Source: Bacteroidaceae bacterium | GTDB lineage: Bacteria > Bacteroidota > Bacteroidia > Bacteroidales > Bacteroidaceae | Length of the DNA: 64,000 nucleotides | Direction of reading: 5' to 3' | Assembly: GCA_045645225.1 (NCBI GenBank) | Contig: JAZRII010000010.1 | Span: 19,392 to 83,391 of the forward strand | Notes under the pieces: model-generated | Database searches by the model: none | Told to the model about the DNA's origin: nothing | What the model saw: the letters and a program-made list of their open reading frames with translations, nothing else | Made by a program: the position numbers and the translations under genes | Shown here: positions 9,310 to 19,723 of the stretch, piece after piece | Numbering within the stretch: position 1 is the first letter of the stretch | How the letters are laid out: every line of letters starts with the position of its first letter

Positions 9310-10123
9310 ACAGCACTATTCTTTCCGCATCGACAGGATGGTCCAGGAAGATGCTGGCGCTGTCGTTGAATTGGTCGGGACGTTCTGTTGTAAGGAATCT
9401 CGCTGTCCCTCCCTGCGTTATGCGGGACTCCATGCCGGTGTGGCGGTTAAGATAGTCTTGCAGGCTTTTTGCCACATAATCACCTTGTGAGATAACTGTG
9501 ACATTTGACGGGACGTACTGCTGTATCTTGTCCAGAAGCAGTGGATAGTGTGTGCAGCCGAGTATGACCGAGTCGATTTCCGGGTCAAGACGGAACATTT
9601 CTTCAATGCGTTTTTTTACAAAATAGTCTGCGCCTGGCAGATGGGCTTCGTTGTTCTCAACGAGCGGAACCCACATGGGGCATGCTACACCTGTTACCTT
9701 GATGTCGGGATGGAGTTTGGCAATTTCCAGATTGTATGTGTTGGACCTTATTGTGCCTGGGGTAGCAAAAACACCGATGTGGCGCGTTTGGGAAATGGAA
9801 CCCACACATTCTGCAGTTGGGCGTATGACACCTAATACACGCCTGCTTTCATCAATGGATGGCAGGTCTTTCTGCTGGATGGTTCTCAGTGCCTTGGCAG
9901 AGGCAGTGTTGCATCCCAAAATAACCAGTGGGCATCCTTCATTGAAAAGGCGCTTTACCGCTTGGAGCGTGAATTCGTATACTACGTCAAAACTGCGTGT
10001 TCCATACGGGGCACGTGCATTGTCTCCCAAATACAGATAGTCGTATTGAGGCATGAGTTGGCGGATTGTCCGTAAGATGGTCAATCCGCCATAACCGCTG
10101 TCAAATATTCCTATAGGGGACAT
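9305..10123 (-). CDS. murI: Glutamate racemase
   Basis: FDSGYGGLT, LGCNTASA and GCTHYP motifs. Confidence 0.95.
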   Translation of the reverse strand: MSPIGIFDSGYGGLTILRTIRQLMPQYDYLYLGDNARAPYGTRSFDVVYEFTLQAVKRLFNEGCPLVILGCNTASAKALRTIQQKDLPSIDESRRVLGVIRPTAECVGSISQTRHIGVFATPGTIRSNTYNLEIAKLHPDIKVTGVACPMWVPLVENNEAHLPGADYFVKKRIEEMFRLDPEIDSVILGCTHYPLLLDKIQQYVPSNVTVISQGDYVAKSLQDYLNRHTGMESRITQGGTARFLTTERPDQFNDSASIFLDHPVDAERIVLY

Positions 10124-10746
10124 TATTCAACCTCTTCTTCTACTCCAAGCAGCTGGATGACTGCAGATGTCAGGTCCACGGCCAGACCGCTTACCATGTA
10201 GGGGATGCTGCCGCCGTCTACGTCAAAGACAATGCTGATGCCTCGTGCCTGTGCAGCACTGGTGACGGCATCGGACATCTCTGCCATGACGTCGGCCAGC
10301 AGACTTTTTTCCGCTTCAGCAAGAAGCGACTGCACCTTGATACGGAAATCGGCATTTGCTTCGAGCATGTTCTGGAGTTCGTTCTGCCTTTTCTCCAGTA
10401 TGGTCTTGGGGAAGTCCTTCTGTCCGTGCATGAATTCCTCGAACTTTCTCTGGAAATCCTCCTCGCTCTTCTTGGCTTCTGCCTCGTACTGCGCCTTTAG
10501 TGCTTTCATGCTGTTCTGCATAGCCTTGTATTGCGGCATATTCTGCAGGATAGTCTTTGAACTGATCTTTCCTATGATAAATGCCATAGGTCTGGGACGT
10601 GTTTCAGGTACTGGCTGATTGGCAGTCTGGTGTATGGAATCCACCGACACCGAGTCGGTGCTCTGTGCCATAAGCGGCTGCCCCATAGATATGAGGCAGA
10701 GGAGGCAGGCAAAGGAAAATGCCCTATAGTAATTATACGCTTTCAT
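10123..10746 (-). CDS. OmpH/Skp-family periplasmic chaperone (paralogue 3)
   Basis: Signal peptide, coiled-coil K/E/Q-rich core, position downstream of bamA; stop overlaps murI start (TAATG). Confidence 0.8.
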   Translation of the reverse strand: MKAYNYYRAFSFACLLCLISMGQPLMAQSTDSVSVDSIHQTANQPVPETRPRPMAFIIGKISSKTILQNMPQYKAMQNSMKALKAQYEAEAKKSEEDFQRKFEEFMHGQKDFPKTILEKRQNELQNMLEANADFRIKVQSLLAEAEKSLLADVMAEMSDAVTSAAQARGISIVFDVDGGSIPYMVSGLAVDLTSAVIQLLGVEEEVE

Positions 10747-10806
10747 TAATCAGATATTATGAATTTGTACCTACGAGTGAACTCTTAGATACGTGGCATG
10801 GACCAC

Positions 10807-11343
10807 TTATTTTGCAGGTGTTGCTGCAGCTGCTGGTGTTGCAGTTATGCCCAGTTCCTTCTTCAGTTGAGCAGTGATGTCAGTGCTCAGGGCTGGGTTG
10901 ACGAATGAAATGGCACCAGAACTGATATCAACAATATATACATATCCGCCGGCTTCGCCAATCTTCTTCACTGCAGCCATCACCTTCTCCACAATCAGGG
11001 CCATCTTTTCCTGAGATGCCTTCTGGAGCGCCAGCTGGCTGTCCTGCTGTGTCTGCTGGAAGCGCTGTGCCAGGTCGTTCAGTTCCTGTTCGCGGCGTGC
11101 ACGTACATTGTCCAGCAGGTTTGCTGCCTCCTTCTGGTAGTCCTCGGCTTTCTTCTGCAGTTCGTCCTGCATGAGCTTAAGGTCGTCCATGTACTGCTTT
11201 TCCATGCTCTGCAGTTCGGTCTGGGCTGCAGCATACTCCTTCATGTTGGGAAGGATCTCGGTGTAGTTGTAGTGTGCAAACTTTGATTGTGCCATGATGG
11301 TCATGGGAAGTGCCATCAAGATAGCCAAAAGAATCTTTTTCAT
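10807..11343 (-). CDS. OmpH/Skp-family periplasmic chaperone (paralogue 2)
   Basis: Signal peptide MKKILLAILMALPMTIMAQ, coiled-coil core. Confidence 0.85.
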   Translation of the reverse strand: MKKILLAILMALPMTIMAQSKFAHYNYTEILPNMKEYAAAQTELQSMEKQYMDDLKLMQDELQKKAEDYQKEAANLLDNVRARREQELNDLAQRFQQTQQDSQLALQKASQEKMALIVEKVMAAVKKIGEAGGYVYIVDISSGAISFVNPALSTDITAQLKKELGITATPAAAATPAK

Positions 11344-11381
11344 AATTGTTTTTAATATATATTTTTTTTGTTATTGATTTA

Positions 11382-11894
11382 TCAGTTATAGCCCAGCTTG
11401 GTCAATACCTCATTGGAAATATCCGCCTTGGGAGAGGCAAAGATGATGCCTGCATCCGAGGCGCGGTCCAGGATGAGGCTGTATCCCTTCTGTTCGGCAA
11501 TGTCCTTGATGGCATTGTATATCTCGTCCTGGATGGGTGCCATCAGGCTTTCGCGCTTCTTGAAGAGTTCGCCTTCGGGACCGAAGTATTTTTTCTTCAG
11601 GTCGCTGGCTTCCTTTTCCTTTGCAATGATTGCCTCTTCGCTTTTGGTCTTTTGCTCGTCAGAAAGGAATACAGACTCTGCCTGGTATTTCTTGTACATG
11701 GTCTGTGCCTCTTCCTGAAGGACTTCCACTTCTGCCTGCCATTTTCTGGAAACCTGGTTCAGCTGCTCTCCGGCACGCTCATAGGCGGGGATGTGGTTGA
11801 GAATATACTCCATATCAACGAGGGCGAACTTCTGTGCATCTGCTGTCAATGCCAGAGAGGCCATTGTTATGATTGTAAGGAATAGTCTTTTCAT
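11382..11894 (-). CDS. OmpH/Skp-family periplasmic chaperone (paralogue 1)
   Basis: Signal peptide ...LALTADAQ, Skp-like coiled coil, immediately downstream of bamA. Confidence 0.85.
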   Translation of the reverse strand: MKRLFLTIITMASLALTADAQKFALVDMEYILNHIPAYERAGEQLNQVSRKWQAEVEVLQEEAQTMYKKYQAESVFLSDEQKTKSEEAIIAKEKEASDLKKKYFGPEGELFKKRESLMAPIQDEIYNAIKDIAEQKGYSLILDRASDAGIIFASPKADISNEVLTKLGYN

Positions 11895-11900
11895 ATTCAG

Positions 11901-11957
11901 GTTTTGTAGTTTAGAGTATATGGTTTAGTGTTTGGTGTTTAGAGTATATGGTTTGGG
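11901..11957 (+). repeat. GTTTAG-word stutter with an 18-nt direct repeat
   Basis: GTTTAGAGTATATGGTTT occurs twice (11909-11926, 11937-11954) inside GTTTAGTG-like words; no core. Confidence 0.7.
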
Positions 11958-11995
11958 ATTATGCTTTATTCGGAGCAAACGGGAGGGTGAGATGG

Positions 11996-14650
11996 TTAGA
12001 ACTCTTGGCCGAGGACAAAGTGAAAGTGGCTTCCGCTGTAGGTGCTCACGCCTTGAACCTTATCAAATCCATATGCCCAGTCTATACCGAGCAGGCCCAC
12101 CATTGGCAGGAATATGCGTGCACCGACACCCACCGACTTCTTCAGGTTAAAGGGATTGACCTCACCAATGCTGCTCCAGCAGTTGCCGCCTTCTGCAAAG
12201 ACAAGGCCAAATATGTTGGTACTTGCACCCAGCATGAAGGGATAGCGGAGTTCCACTGAGAAGCGTGTGTATGCATAGCCCATGTTTCCTCCTGGTGTGA
12301 GTGAACCGTTGTCATAACCTCTCAGGCCAATTGTTTCTGTGGAATAGAGCGAGGAGTATCCCGACATGCCGTCGCCACCCATATAGTAGTTCTCAAAGGG
12401 AGAGGGCTTGTGCCTGTTGTATGACCCCAGGAGTCCTACCTCTGCTCGTGTCATCAGAACAAAGCACTTGTTGCTGCTGCTTAGTGCAGTGAATGTGCGT
12501 GCCTTGAACTTCCACTTGTGGTATTCTATCCATGAATATTTTTCCTGCAGTTCCTTCAGGTATGTGCTGCTGGAAGGATTGTTGGCCAGATTGGCGTAGT
12601 CCTTGCCATCCCACAGCGAGAAGGGCGGTGTCAGGGCTACTGAAAGTTGTATTTCTGAACCGCGTCGGGGGAAGATCTGGTTGTCGGTACTGTTTCTGGA
12701 CAAGGTGAATCGCAATGCAAGGTTGTTGCAGTTGCCGTTTGTCATCAGAGAGAAGTAGTTCCAGTCCTTCATCATATAGCGGGTATATGACAGGTCTGCG
12801 CTCAGCATGAAATAGTCATCTGGCCAGCGCAGGCGCTTGCCCCAGCCAAGAGATACACCGAAGATCTGCTGGTATTTGTCGGGGTCGTAGAAGTTTTCAT
12901 AGTTGCCATAACCGTATCCATAACCATAGCCGTATCCATAGCCACCATATATATTATTATAGTAGTTGTCGTAATAGGCAGAGTTATAGTAGCGGTCGCT
13001 CACGTCGGTCTGTTTGCTGTAGAAAGCGCTGAACGACAGAGTGTTCGGGCGCTTGCCGCCGAACCATGGGTTAATGTATTGTATGCTATACTGCTGGTAG
13101 TACGAACCGTTGGTCTGGCCGCTGATACTGAATGTCTCGCCATTGCCCTGTGGCATTACGCCACGGCGCAGGCCTCCCTTTGAGAAAAGGTTGGCAAGGC
13201 AGAAATTGGCAAACTTCAAGCCGATCTTGCCGATAACACCAGTCTGGCCATAACCAAGAGAGAACTCTATCTGGTCGTTGCTCTTAGGCTCAAGTCCCCA
13301 TGACAGGTCCACGGTGCCGTTGTTCGGGTCCGGTGCTATGTCGTAGTCGATGTTCTCGGGATTGAAGTGTCCCATGCTGCCGATTTCGCGGAATGAACGC
13401 TCGAATGCTTCCTTGGAGAACAGGTCGCCGGGCTTGTTGCGCAGTTCTCGGCGGACCACGTTTTCGTATACGCGGTCATTGCCGGTAATCTTCACTCTGC
13501 TGATGCGTGCCTGAGGGCCTTCGTGTATACGCATTTCAAGGTCTACGCTGTCGCCCACAATATTGGTCTCTACAGGGTCAAGTCTGTAGAAGACATAGCC
13601 ATTGTTGTAGTAGAGGTTGCCCACGGCGTCCTCATCGCCAGAGAGGCGGTCATTGAGCAGTTTCTGGTTATAGACATCTCCCTTTTTCATTTTGAGCATG
13701 TATGAAAGGGCATCAGTGTTGTATACAGAGTTTCCCACCCACTCGATATTGCGGATGTAGTATTTCTCGCCCTCTTCCACGTGGATGTTTATGTCTACGT
13801 ACTTCTCGTCAATGTTTTTTACGGTATCGGCAACAATGACGGCATCGCGATAGCCCAGTTCGGCGTAGTAGTTTTGCAGGTTTTCTTTGGCTTCCTTGTA
13901 CTTGCTCTCTACGAACTTGTGGCTGCGGAACCAGTTGTGGAAACCGTCCTTTTCTCGTATTCCCTTCAAGACACCCTTGGTGAAGATGGTACCCTTCAGT
14001 TTTTTCTCGGAGATGACAGTGTTGCCTATTACGTTTATCTTGTTTACGATGATCTTGCCGTTTTTCTCTATGTTGACGTCTACAATCACCTTGTCCGGTG
14101 CTGCGGGGTCGTCGTGTTGCAGTATTTCTATTTCTGCATTCTTGAAACCCTTGTCCTCAAAATAGCGTTGGGCAAGAATTTTTGCCCTGTCGATCATGTT
14201 TGGCGTCAGTTGGTTGTCCACCATAAGGCCAAGCTTCTCCTTGAGGTCGTCCCTCTCGCTTTTCTTTACACCGTTGTAGTTGATTTTGGATATGCGAGGG
14301 CGTGGTGCCAGATATATGTGCAGATATGCGGAATCGCTGATGATGGAATCCACGCTTATGGAGACATTGGAGAAAAGTCCGTTTTTCCAATATCGCTTAA
14401 TGGCCAGTGTTATTTCGTCGCCGGGTATGGAAATTGTCTCTCCGACACTTATGCCGGAAAGACGTATTAACATGTTTTTGTCAACATTCGATATGCCTTC
14501 CACTTCAATGTTCTTGACCACTACCTCGCGAGGTGTCCTGCTGTAGTCAACAGTCACGGTGGTGTCCCTTTTCTGGTATTGGGCATGTGCAGGGAGTGCC
14601 GCCATGCACAGGAAGACAGTGTATATAATAATGTATATACTATTCTTCAT
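11996..14650 (-). CDS. bamA: Outer membrane protein assembly factor BamA
   Basis: Start chosen at ATG 14648-14650 ([24 protein letters not shown] signal); alternative ATG 14677. POTRA-length N-terminal region; barrel ends ...[10 protein letters not shown]; [13 protein letters not shown] loop. Confidence 0.9.
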   Translation of the reverse strand: MKNSIYIIIYTVFLCMAALPAHAQYQKRDTTVTVDYSRTPREVVVKNIEVEGISNVDKNMLIRLSGISVGETISIPGDEITLAIKRYWKNGLFSNVSISVDSIISDSAYLHIYLAPRPRISKINYNGVKKSERDDLKEKLGLMVDNQLTPNMIDRAKILAQRYFEDKGFKNAEIEILQHDDPAAPDKVIVDVNIEKNGKIIVNKINVIGNTVISEKKLKGTIFTKGVLKGIREKDGFHNWFRSHKFVESKYKEAKENLQNYYAELGYRDAVIVADTVKNIDEKYVDINIHVEEGEKYYIRNIEWVGNSVYNTDALSYMLKMKKGDVYNQKLLNDRLSGDEDAVGNLYYNNGYVFYRLDPVETNIVGDSVDLEMRIHEGPQARISRVKITGNDRVYENVVRRELRNKPGDLFSKEAFERSFREIGSMGHFNPENIDYDIAPDPNNGTVDLSWGLEPKSNDQIEFSLGYGQTGVIGKIGLKFANFCLANLFSKGGLRRGVMPQGNGETFSISGQTNGSYYQQYSIQYINPWFGGKRPNTLSFSAFYSKQTDVSDRYYNSAYYDNYYNNIYGGYGYGYGYGYGYGNYENFYDPDKYQQIFGVSLGWGKRLRWPDDYFMLSADLSYTRYMMKDWNYFSLMTNGNCNNLALRFTLSRNSTDNQIFPRRGSEIQLSVALTPPFSLWDGKDYANLANNPSSSTYLKELQEKYSWIEYHKWKFKARTFTALSSSNKCFVLMTRAEVGLLGSYNRHKPSPFENYYMGGDGMSGYSSLYSTETIGLRGYDNGSLTPGGNMGYAYTRFSVELRYPFMLGASTNIFGLVFAEGGNCWSSIGEVNPFNLKKSVGVGARIFLPMVGLLGIDWAYGFDKVQGVSTYSGSHFHFVLGQEF

Positions 14651-15374
14651 CTGAAATCTGATCTCCGGTTTTGCCATAGCGACGCTGGCGTTGCTGATAG
14701 TCGGCGATGGCTTCTCTTAACGATTCTTCATTAAAGTCAGGCCAGAACTGGTCTGTGAAATAGAATTCGGAATATGCACACTGCCAAAGCAGGTAGTTGC
14801 TTATGCGCAATTCTCCGCCGGTTCTTATGAGCAGGTCGGGGTCGGGCATGAAGTTGGTGGTAAGGCTTGCGCTGATGCTTTCCTCGGTGATGTCCTCCAA
14901 TGATATGTTGCCCGCCTTTACTTCATTGGCCAGGTGTCTTGCTGCTCTTGTTATCTCCCAGCGGCTGCTGTAGCTCAGAGCAACTATCATGGTCATGCCA
15001 GTGTTGGTGCTGGTGCGTTCAATGCATTCGCCCAGGCGCTTCTGTACGCTTGCTGGCAGTCGTTCCATCTCGCCGATCATGCGGAAGCGTACGTTGTTCT
15101 TCATGAAGATCTCCTCTTCCAGGTTTGTGAGGACAAGATTCATGAGTGCTTCAATTTCTTCAACAGGACGATTCCAGTTTTCTGTGCTGAAGGTATAGAG
15201 AGTGAGGTACTTGACACCCAGCCTTGTGGCTTCCTCTGTGACTTTCTTTACTGTGGCCACGCCTTCAACGTGTCCTGCTGTACGTGGCAAACCCTTTGCC
15301 TTGGCCCAACGGCCGTTTCCATCCATGATGATGGCTACGTGTGCCGGAATTCGGCTCTTGTCTAATTGTTGCAT
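14640..15374 (-). CDS. uppS: Undecaprenyl-diphosphate synthase (isoprenyl transferase)
   Basis: [10 protein letters not shown] motif, RTGGE...SNYLLWQ block. Confidence 0.95.
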   Translation of the reverse strand: MQQLDKSRIPAHVAIIMDGNGRWAKAKGLPRTAGHVEGVATVKKVTEEATRLGVKYLTLYTFSTENWNRPVEEIEALMNLVLTNLEEEIFMKNNVRFRMIGEMERLPASVQKRLGECIERTSTNTGMTMIVALSYSSRWEITRAARHLANEVKAGNISLEDITEESISASLTTNFMPDPDLLIRTGGELRISNYLLWQCAYSEFYFTDQFWPDFNEESLREAIADYQQRQRRYGKTGDQISDEE

Positions 15375-16048
15375 AGTCTTAGTTTTGGACTGATGTCGTA
15401 TGTTAAAGTAAACATGAAGAAGGAATACGTGTCCCTGTTCTTCATTCCGGAACTCTCTATGTAGTACGGGTCATTTAGTCGTGCTCCGTCCAGTTTGTCT
15501 ATGGTGGTGAAGCGGTGCGTCCACTCGAATATGAGGTTAAGCCTCGGTTTTACTTTATATTTTACTCCGACGCCCACTGGCAGGTTCAAGCCAAACGCAG
15601 TCGCGTCGTTTGTGACTCCCACTGTAGCGCCTATTCCCAATATTGCGTAGGGAGTGATACGCGACAGTTTCTTGTATCCTGGCCCCAATCCGTATCCCCA
15701 GAAGTTCAGTTCGAACTGTGCTCCGAGGTCAATTACGTTGCCACCAAAACTTATATCGGTGCCTTGTTGTGTAGTCCCAGGTGCTTCCGGCAGGTAGTAT
15801 CCATTGGTTGTGCCTCCATATCTGCCGTAGGCGAGGTTTGCTTTCAGGGCCATGCGCGGGTTGAAATTGCGCCTCAGTGTGAATGCCGCCATTATGTTGC
15901 TTCCCGAGAAAGGTGTGCTGTTGGCGTCGCCCAGATAGTAGCATAGTCCTGTGCCTCCGCCTATGTCCCAACGATATTCCAGAACCTCCTGCGCAATAAT
16001 CCCCTGCATATTGCAGGCGAGCATGATTATGATGAGTAGTTTCTTCAA
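15362..16048 (-). CDS. Small outer-membrane beta-barrel protein (DUF6089-like, from memory)
   Basis: The track start at 16087 is TTG. I prefer TTG 16046-16048, giving (M)[19 protein letters not shown] as signal peptide; ATG 16024 is a further alternative. Alternating beta-strand pattern. Confidence 0.65.
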   Translation of the reverse strand: MKKLLIIIMLACNMQGIIAQEVLEYRWDIGGGTGLCYYLGDANSTPFSGSNIMAAFTLRRNFNPRMALKANLAYGRYGGTTNGYYLPEAPGTTQQGTDISFGGNVIDLGAQFELNFWGYGLGPGYKKLSRITPYAILGIGATVGVTNDATAFGLNLPVGVGVKYKVKPRLNLIFEWTHRFTTIDKLDGARLNDPYYIESSGMKNRDTYSFFMFTLTYDISPKLRLCNN

Positions 16049-16073
16049 ATCCCCACTTCTGTGTTTAGAGCAT

Positions 16074-17480
16074 TCATGGACGGGCAAATCCCAGTCTGTT
16101 TATTCGTCCTCTATATACCTTTCCTCCGGCGATAAGCCAAATGAAGTTGTCCTTGTCGGCAGTGGCGGTGATGTATCCGTCGCAACCTTGGATTTCCGCA
16201 GGTGGGATTATATCCTGTTGGCGTTCCCATGTAAGACCGTTGTCCTTGCTGATAAAGAATCGCTCCAGTGCCTTTGCCTTTCCGTCCTTGCTGACGCCAC
16301 CTATGGCCATCAGATTGTTGTCATAATGCAGCAATGTCATCTGTGTCAGCATGGGCATGGCAGCCTTGCTGTTCCATGGGCTGCCATAGTGCATCCAGCT
16401 TTCTGCATCCTCGTCCTCGAAGTCTGTCCAGCATTTGGACCATACGACAGCACACGAATCTCCTTCTACGCTGCGGTTACCCGCTATTATCATTCTTGTC
16501 AGGGTGCTTGTCTGTGGGTATGTGATGTCTGCTATCTCCATGTCGGGCATCAGTGAGAAATCCGCATCAAGCGTTTCTGCCTTCCAAACTCCGGCTCCGT
16601 GATAGATGCTGTTCAATGCTCCGTTGAAGATGGCGTAAAGCTTGTCGTTGGATACACCAACCAGTCGAAGTCCCTCGTGCTGATACAGTTTTTCCCAGTC
16701 TATGCCATCGTTGCTGGAGTACAGTCCGCCATCGTCGGTGTTCACGAAAACGGCATTCGGTCCTTTTGCCAGGGAACTGACATCTGTGTTCTGGGGAAGG
16801 TTGGTTACATGCCTGTTCCATTCGCCATCGCTGCTCAGACCGTGAGTAATCCATGCCACTGCCGCTCCGTCGTTCACGAGTACGGCCACCTGCTCTTTCA
16901 GCGAAGTTGCTTTCATGGGGTGGATTCCCTGTATGGCATTGTCGCAAGCCACAGGGTGCCATTTCAGCGAGTCGCTCTCCATCGTGTGCACGTTGACCTT
17001 CAGCGTGTACTTTCGCTCCGTGTTGTCGGTTGCCACTACCCTGATGTGCAAGGGTACACGTAGGTCAATGCTGTCCGAAGAACTGTAATGGTCCCATGGA
17101 TCATCCTCCCAGGCGTCAGACGGACGGATGTATGCCAGCGCTCCGTTGTATGACATGTTCATCACTACCCTTGACAAATCTGTGTTGTATGGCAATGAGT
17201 CGCGGTTCTCGATGAGCAGCGTCTTCTGGTTTATGGTGAACGTAAGGTTGTGGTCGGTGAACGACTGGTAGTAAGTGCTGTCTGTAATTCCGTCAGAGGC
17301 TTTTGTCGTCATCTTGCGCTTGAAACTGCCGAACGTTACGTGGGAAATGAAGCACGTGTTGTTCTTTATGGTAACTTCTTTCGAGTCAGACATACATGCA
17401 GTCAAGAAGAATGTCAGGAGCACAATTGAAAGCAGCCCCTTGGACAGTCCGTAAATGTCTTTTTTCTTCTTCGTGTACAT
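16074..17480 (-). CDS. BNR/Asp-box repeat lipoprotein, function unknown
   Basis: Trimmed to ATG 17478-17480 (MYTKKKK...LLTFFLTAC lipobox) because the -7 box at 17501-17508 lies inside the longer ORF; Asp-boxes SNDGIDW and SKDNGLTW. Confidence 0.75.
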   Translation of the reverse strand: MYTKKKKDIYGLSKGLLSIVLLTFFLTACMSDSKEVTIKNNTCFISHVTFGSFKRKMTTKASDGITDSTYYQSFTDHNLTFTINQKTLLIENRDSLPYNTDLSRVVMNMSYNGALAYIRPSDAWEDDPWDHYSSSDSIDLRVPLHIRVVATDNTERKYTLKVNVHTMESDSLKWHPVACDNAIQGIHPMKATSLKEQVAVLVNDGAAVAWITHGLSSDGEWNRHVTNLPQNTDVSSLAKGPNAVFVNTDDGGLYSSNDGIDWEKLYQHEGLRLVGVSNDKLYAIFNGALNSIYHGAGVWKAETLDADFSLMPDMEIADITYPQTSTLTRMIIAGNRSVEGDSCAVVWSKCWTDFEDEDAESWMHYGSPWNSKAAMPMLTQMTLLHYDNNLMAIGGVSKDGKAKALERFFISKDNGLTWERQQDIIPPAEIQGCDGYITATADKDNFIWLIAGGKVYRGRINRLGFARP

Positions 17481-17500
17481 TATAATAAGCAATTTGGGTG

Positions 17501-17508
17501 CAAAAGTA
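17501..17508 (-). promoter_or_regulatory. -7 box TACTTTTG (minus strand)
   Basis: Plus strand CAAAAGTA, about 20 nt upstream of ATG 17480. Confidence 0.5.
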
Positions 17509-17543
17509 CTGCATTTATTCCACATAATTGCTATTTATGTGTG

Positions 17544-18614
17544 TCAAATGTGACTTGAATTAAGTAAAATTAGCAATTTGTTGCCGTCAGCTTCGTATTC
17601 TTCCGTCAGTTTCGCGTTGTGAAGCGTTGGGGCCTTCACTTTTTCGCTAAAGGGGATGTGCGTTGCTTCATGTTGCCTGTCAGTGCAAATTTCTATGCGT
17701 GCGTCGTCCCAAAGGTTGCTGTCGATGAAGCTCTGAAGCAGTTTGCTCCCGCCCTCCACCAGCAGGTGCTGTACACCTCTTTTGTGAAGGTCGAAAAGTA
17801 TCTCGGAGAGAATCTCGTTGTGATAGACGATGGTCTCCTGCCCGTCGCAAAGCATCTTCTCCGAACCGTCCAACCGTCCCTTTCTGTCGATGGTCACTCT
17901 GAGTGGGGATGGCCCTTGCCACAGTCGTGTGGTCAGGGACGGGTTGTCCTGTATGGCAGTGTTCGTGCCAACCATTATAGCCTGGCAGCGCGAGCGAAGA
18001 CGGTGTACCAGCATGTTTGTGAATTTGGTAGAGATGTGCAACCTCTGTCCGCTATCCGTCCTCGTGCCGATGGCGCCGTCTGCCATCTGTGCCCATTTTA
18101 GTGTCACTCGGGGTCGGTGCATCCGGTGGAAGGTGTGGAAACTTGGGTTTATATCCATGCATTCCTTTTCCAGGACTCCGCACCTTACTTCAATTCCAGC
18201 GTTACGCATCCTCTGTATGCCTTCGCCGTTCACCTTGGAGTTGGGGTCCTGCATGCCAATTACCACTCTTTTGAGACCGTGCGCAACTATCATGTCGCAG
18301 CATGGAGGCGTCTTGCCCCAATGGGAACATGGTTCCAGGGTGACGTACATTGTACATTCGGCAAAGTATTCCAGCGCTTCTGGGGATATGTCGTAGGTTC
18401 CGTTGCGGTGTGTCACATGTCCGTTCGGTATGCGGACGCTTCGTACGGCATTTACCTCGGCATGAGGGCCGCCGTATTTGCGGTGGTATCCTTCTCCTAC
18501 TATGCGGCCATTTCGCACTATTACGGCTCCGACCATGGGGTTGGGGGCTGTGCTTGCTTCTCCGCACTTGGCCAGTTGTATGGCTCTGCGCATGTATTTT
18601 TCGTCCTCTGTCAT
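17544..18614 (-). CDS. ribD: Bifunctional riboflavin biosynthesis deaminase/reductase RibD
   Basis: Trimmed to ATG 18612-18614 (MTEDEKYMRRAIQLA); HAEVNA and PCSHWGKTPPC deaminase motifs. The upstream part of the track ORF is just translation of the tandem repeat. Confidence 0.92.
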   Translation of the reverse strand: MTEDEKYMRRAIQLAKCGEASTAPNPMVGAVIVRNGRIVGEGYHRKYGGPHAEVNAVRSVRIPNGHVTHRNGTYDISPEALEYFAECTMYVTLEPCSHWGKTPPCCDMIVAHGLKRVVIGMQDPNSKVNGEGIQRMRNAGIEVRCGVLEKECMDINPSFHTFHRMHRPRVTLKWAQMADGAIGTRTDSGQRLHISTKFTNMLVHRLRSRCQAIMVGTNTAIQDNPSLTTRLWQGPSPLRVTIDRKGRLDGSEKMLCDGQETIVYHNEILSEILFDLHKRGVQHLLVEGGSKLLQSFIDSNLWDDARIEICTDRQHEATHIPFSEKVKAPTLHNAKLTEEYEADGNKLLILLNSSHI

Positions 18615-18622
18615 ATTGTGGG

Positions 18623-18891
18623 TAAATTTGCCTTTTTCCTCGCTTAATCGTACCATTGGGACTGCGTCCCGAAGGTACTCACGCTCGATAAAGCTCAAAT
18701 AAATTTGGCATTCTCCTCGCTTAATCGTACCCTTGGGACTGGCGTCCCGAAGGTACTCGCGCTCGGAAATGCTCAAATAAATTTGGCATTCTCCTCGCTT
18801 AATCGTACCTTTGGGACTGGCGTCCCGAAGGTACTCACGCTCGGAAAAATCAAAAATGTTTTGCTTTTTCGCTCGCTTAATCGTACCTTTG
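18623..18891 (+). repeat. Tandem repeat, 77-78-nt unit, three full copies plus a partial fourth
   Basis: Units start at 18623, 18700, 18778. Each has TAAATTTG, CTCGCTTAATCGTACCnTTGGGAC, a loop and GTCCCGAAGGTAC (13-bp imperfect hairpin). The partial copy ends in the prmC -7 box. Confidence 0.9.
18884..18891 (+). promoter_or_regulatory. -7 box TACCTTTG, 4 nt before the prmC ATG (leaderless arrangement)
   Basis: tacctttg-ttgc-ATG. Confidence 0.5.
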
Positions 18892-18895
18892 TTGC

Positions 18896-19723
18896 ATGAA
18901 TTGCTTAAAAGAACTCAAGTCGCATTATGGCGCATCCGAAGGCTATGCTCTCTATCGTCTTGTGATGGAAGAGTGTTTCGGTTTGACACATGCCGACATA
19001 TTGCTTGGCAAAGATAGCCAAATTTCAGAAGAAAACAAGGTCCGGTTGGAGGAAATTACAACTCGCATGCTCGAAAATGAACCGGTCCAGTATATTTTGG
19101 GCTATGCCTATTTTTACGGCCATCGCTTTCGAGTGCGCAGCGGTGTGCTGGTACCACGTCCGGAAACTGAACTCCTTGTCGACAAGGTCCTGGAACTTGC
19201 CCGAGGCGCCGAAGGGGGATGCCCTCCCAAGGTTCTGGATATCGGTACGGGTAGCGGATGTATAGCCATCAGTCTTGCCCTGGCAGGGTGCAGGGTAACG
19301 GCAATGGAAGTTTCGGAAGAGGCATTGAGTGTGGCTTCGGAAAATGCCTCTGTGCTCAATGCGGAAGTGGTGCTGATGCATGAAAATATTTTACAGCCAT
19401 CGTTGGCCTCAGACCGTTGGGATGTCATTGTCAGCAATCCCCCTTATGTGTGCCTGAGTGAGGCGGAGGAGATGGAGAGGAATGTTCTTGACTATGAACC
19501 TCACATGGCTCTCTTTGTTCCAGATTCCGACCCTCTGATTTTCTATCGTGCTATCGCCTCCTATGCATTGTCTCATCTTGTCGCAGGTGGATGGGTTTGT
19601 CTGGAAATAAATCAGGCATTCCCTCTGGAGATGACCAGATTGCTTGCTTCTTTCGGCTTTCGCAATATAACCATAATTCCCGATCAGTATGGCAAGAAAC
19701 GTATCGCGTGCGCTCAGCTTTGA
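18896..19723 (+). CDS. prmC: Release-factor glutamine N5-methyltransferase
   Basis: DIGTGSGCIA SAM motif and NPPY catalytic motif. Confidence 0.9.
   Translation: MNCLKELKSHYGASEGYALYRLVMEECFGLTHADILLGKDSQISEENKVRLEEITTRMLENEPVQYILGYAYFYGHRFRVRSGVLVPRPETELLVDKVLELARGAEGGCPPKVLDIGTGSGCIAISLALAGCRVTAMEVSEEALSVASENASVLNAEVVLMHENILQPSLASDRWDVIVSNPPYVCLSEAEEMERNVLDYEPHMALFVPDSDPLIFYRAIASYALSHLVAGGWVCLEINQAFPLEMTRLLASFGFRNITIIPDQYGKKRIACAQL

Noticed and set aside
10123-11894. Three tandem Skp/OmpH paralogues as an unusual expansion
   Set aside because: Multiple skp-like genes downstream of bamA are, to my knowledge, the normal arrangement in Bacteroidetes. They are recorded as features only.
18615-18895. 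FMN riboswitch upstream of ribD
   Set aside because: The region is fully accounted for by the 77-78-nt tandem repeat in the opposite orientation. No FMN-element-like conserved helices or loops are recognisable.
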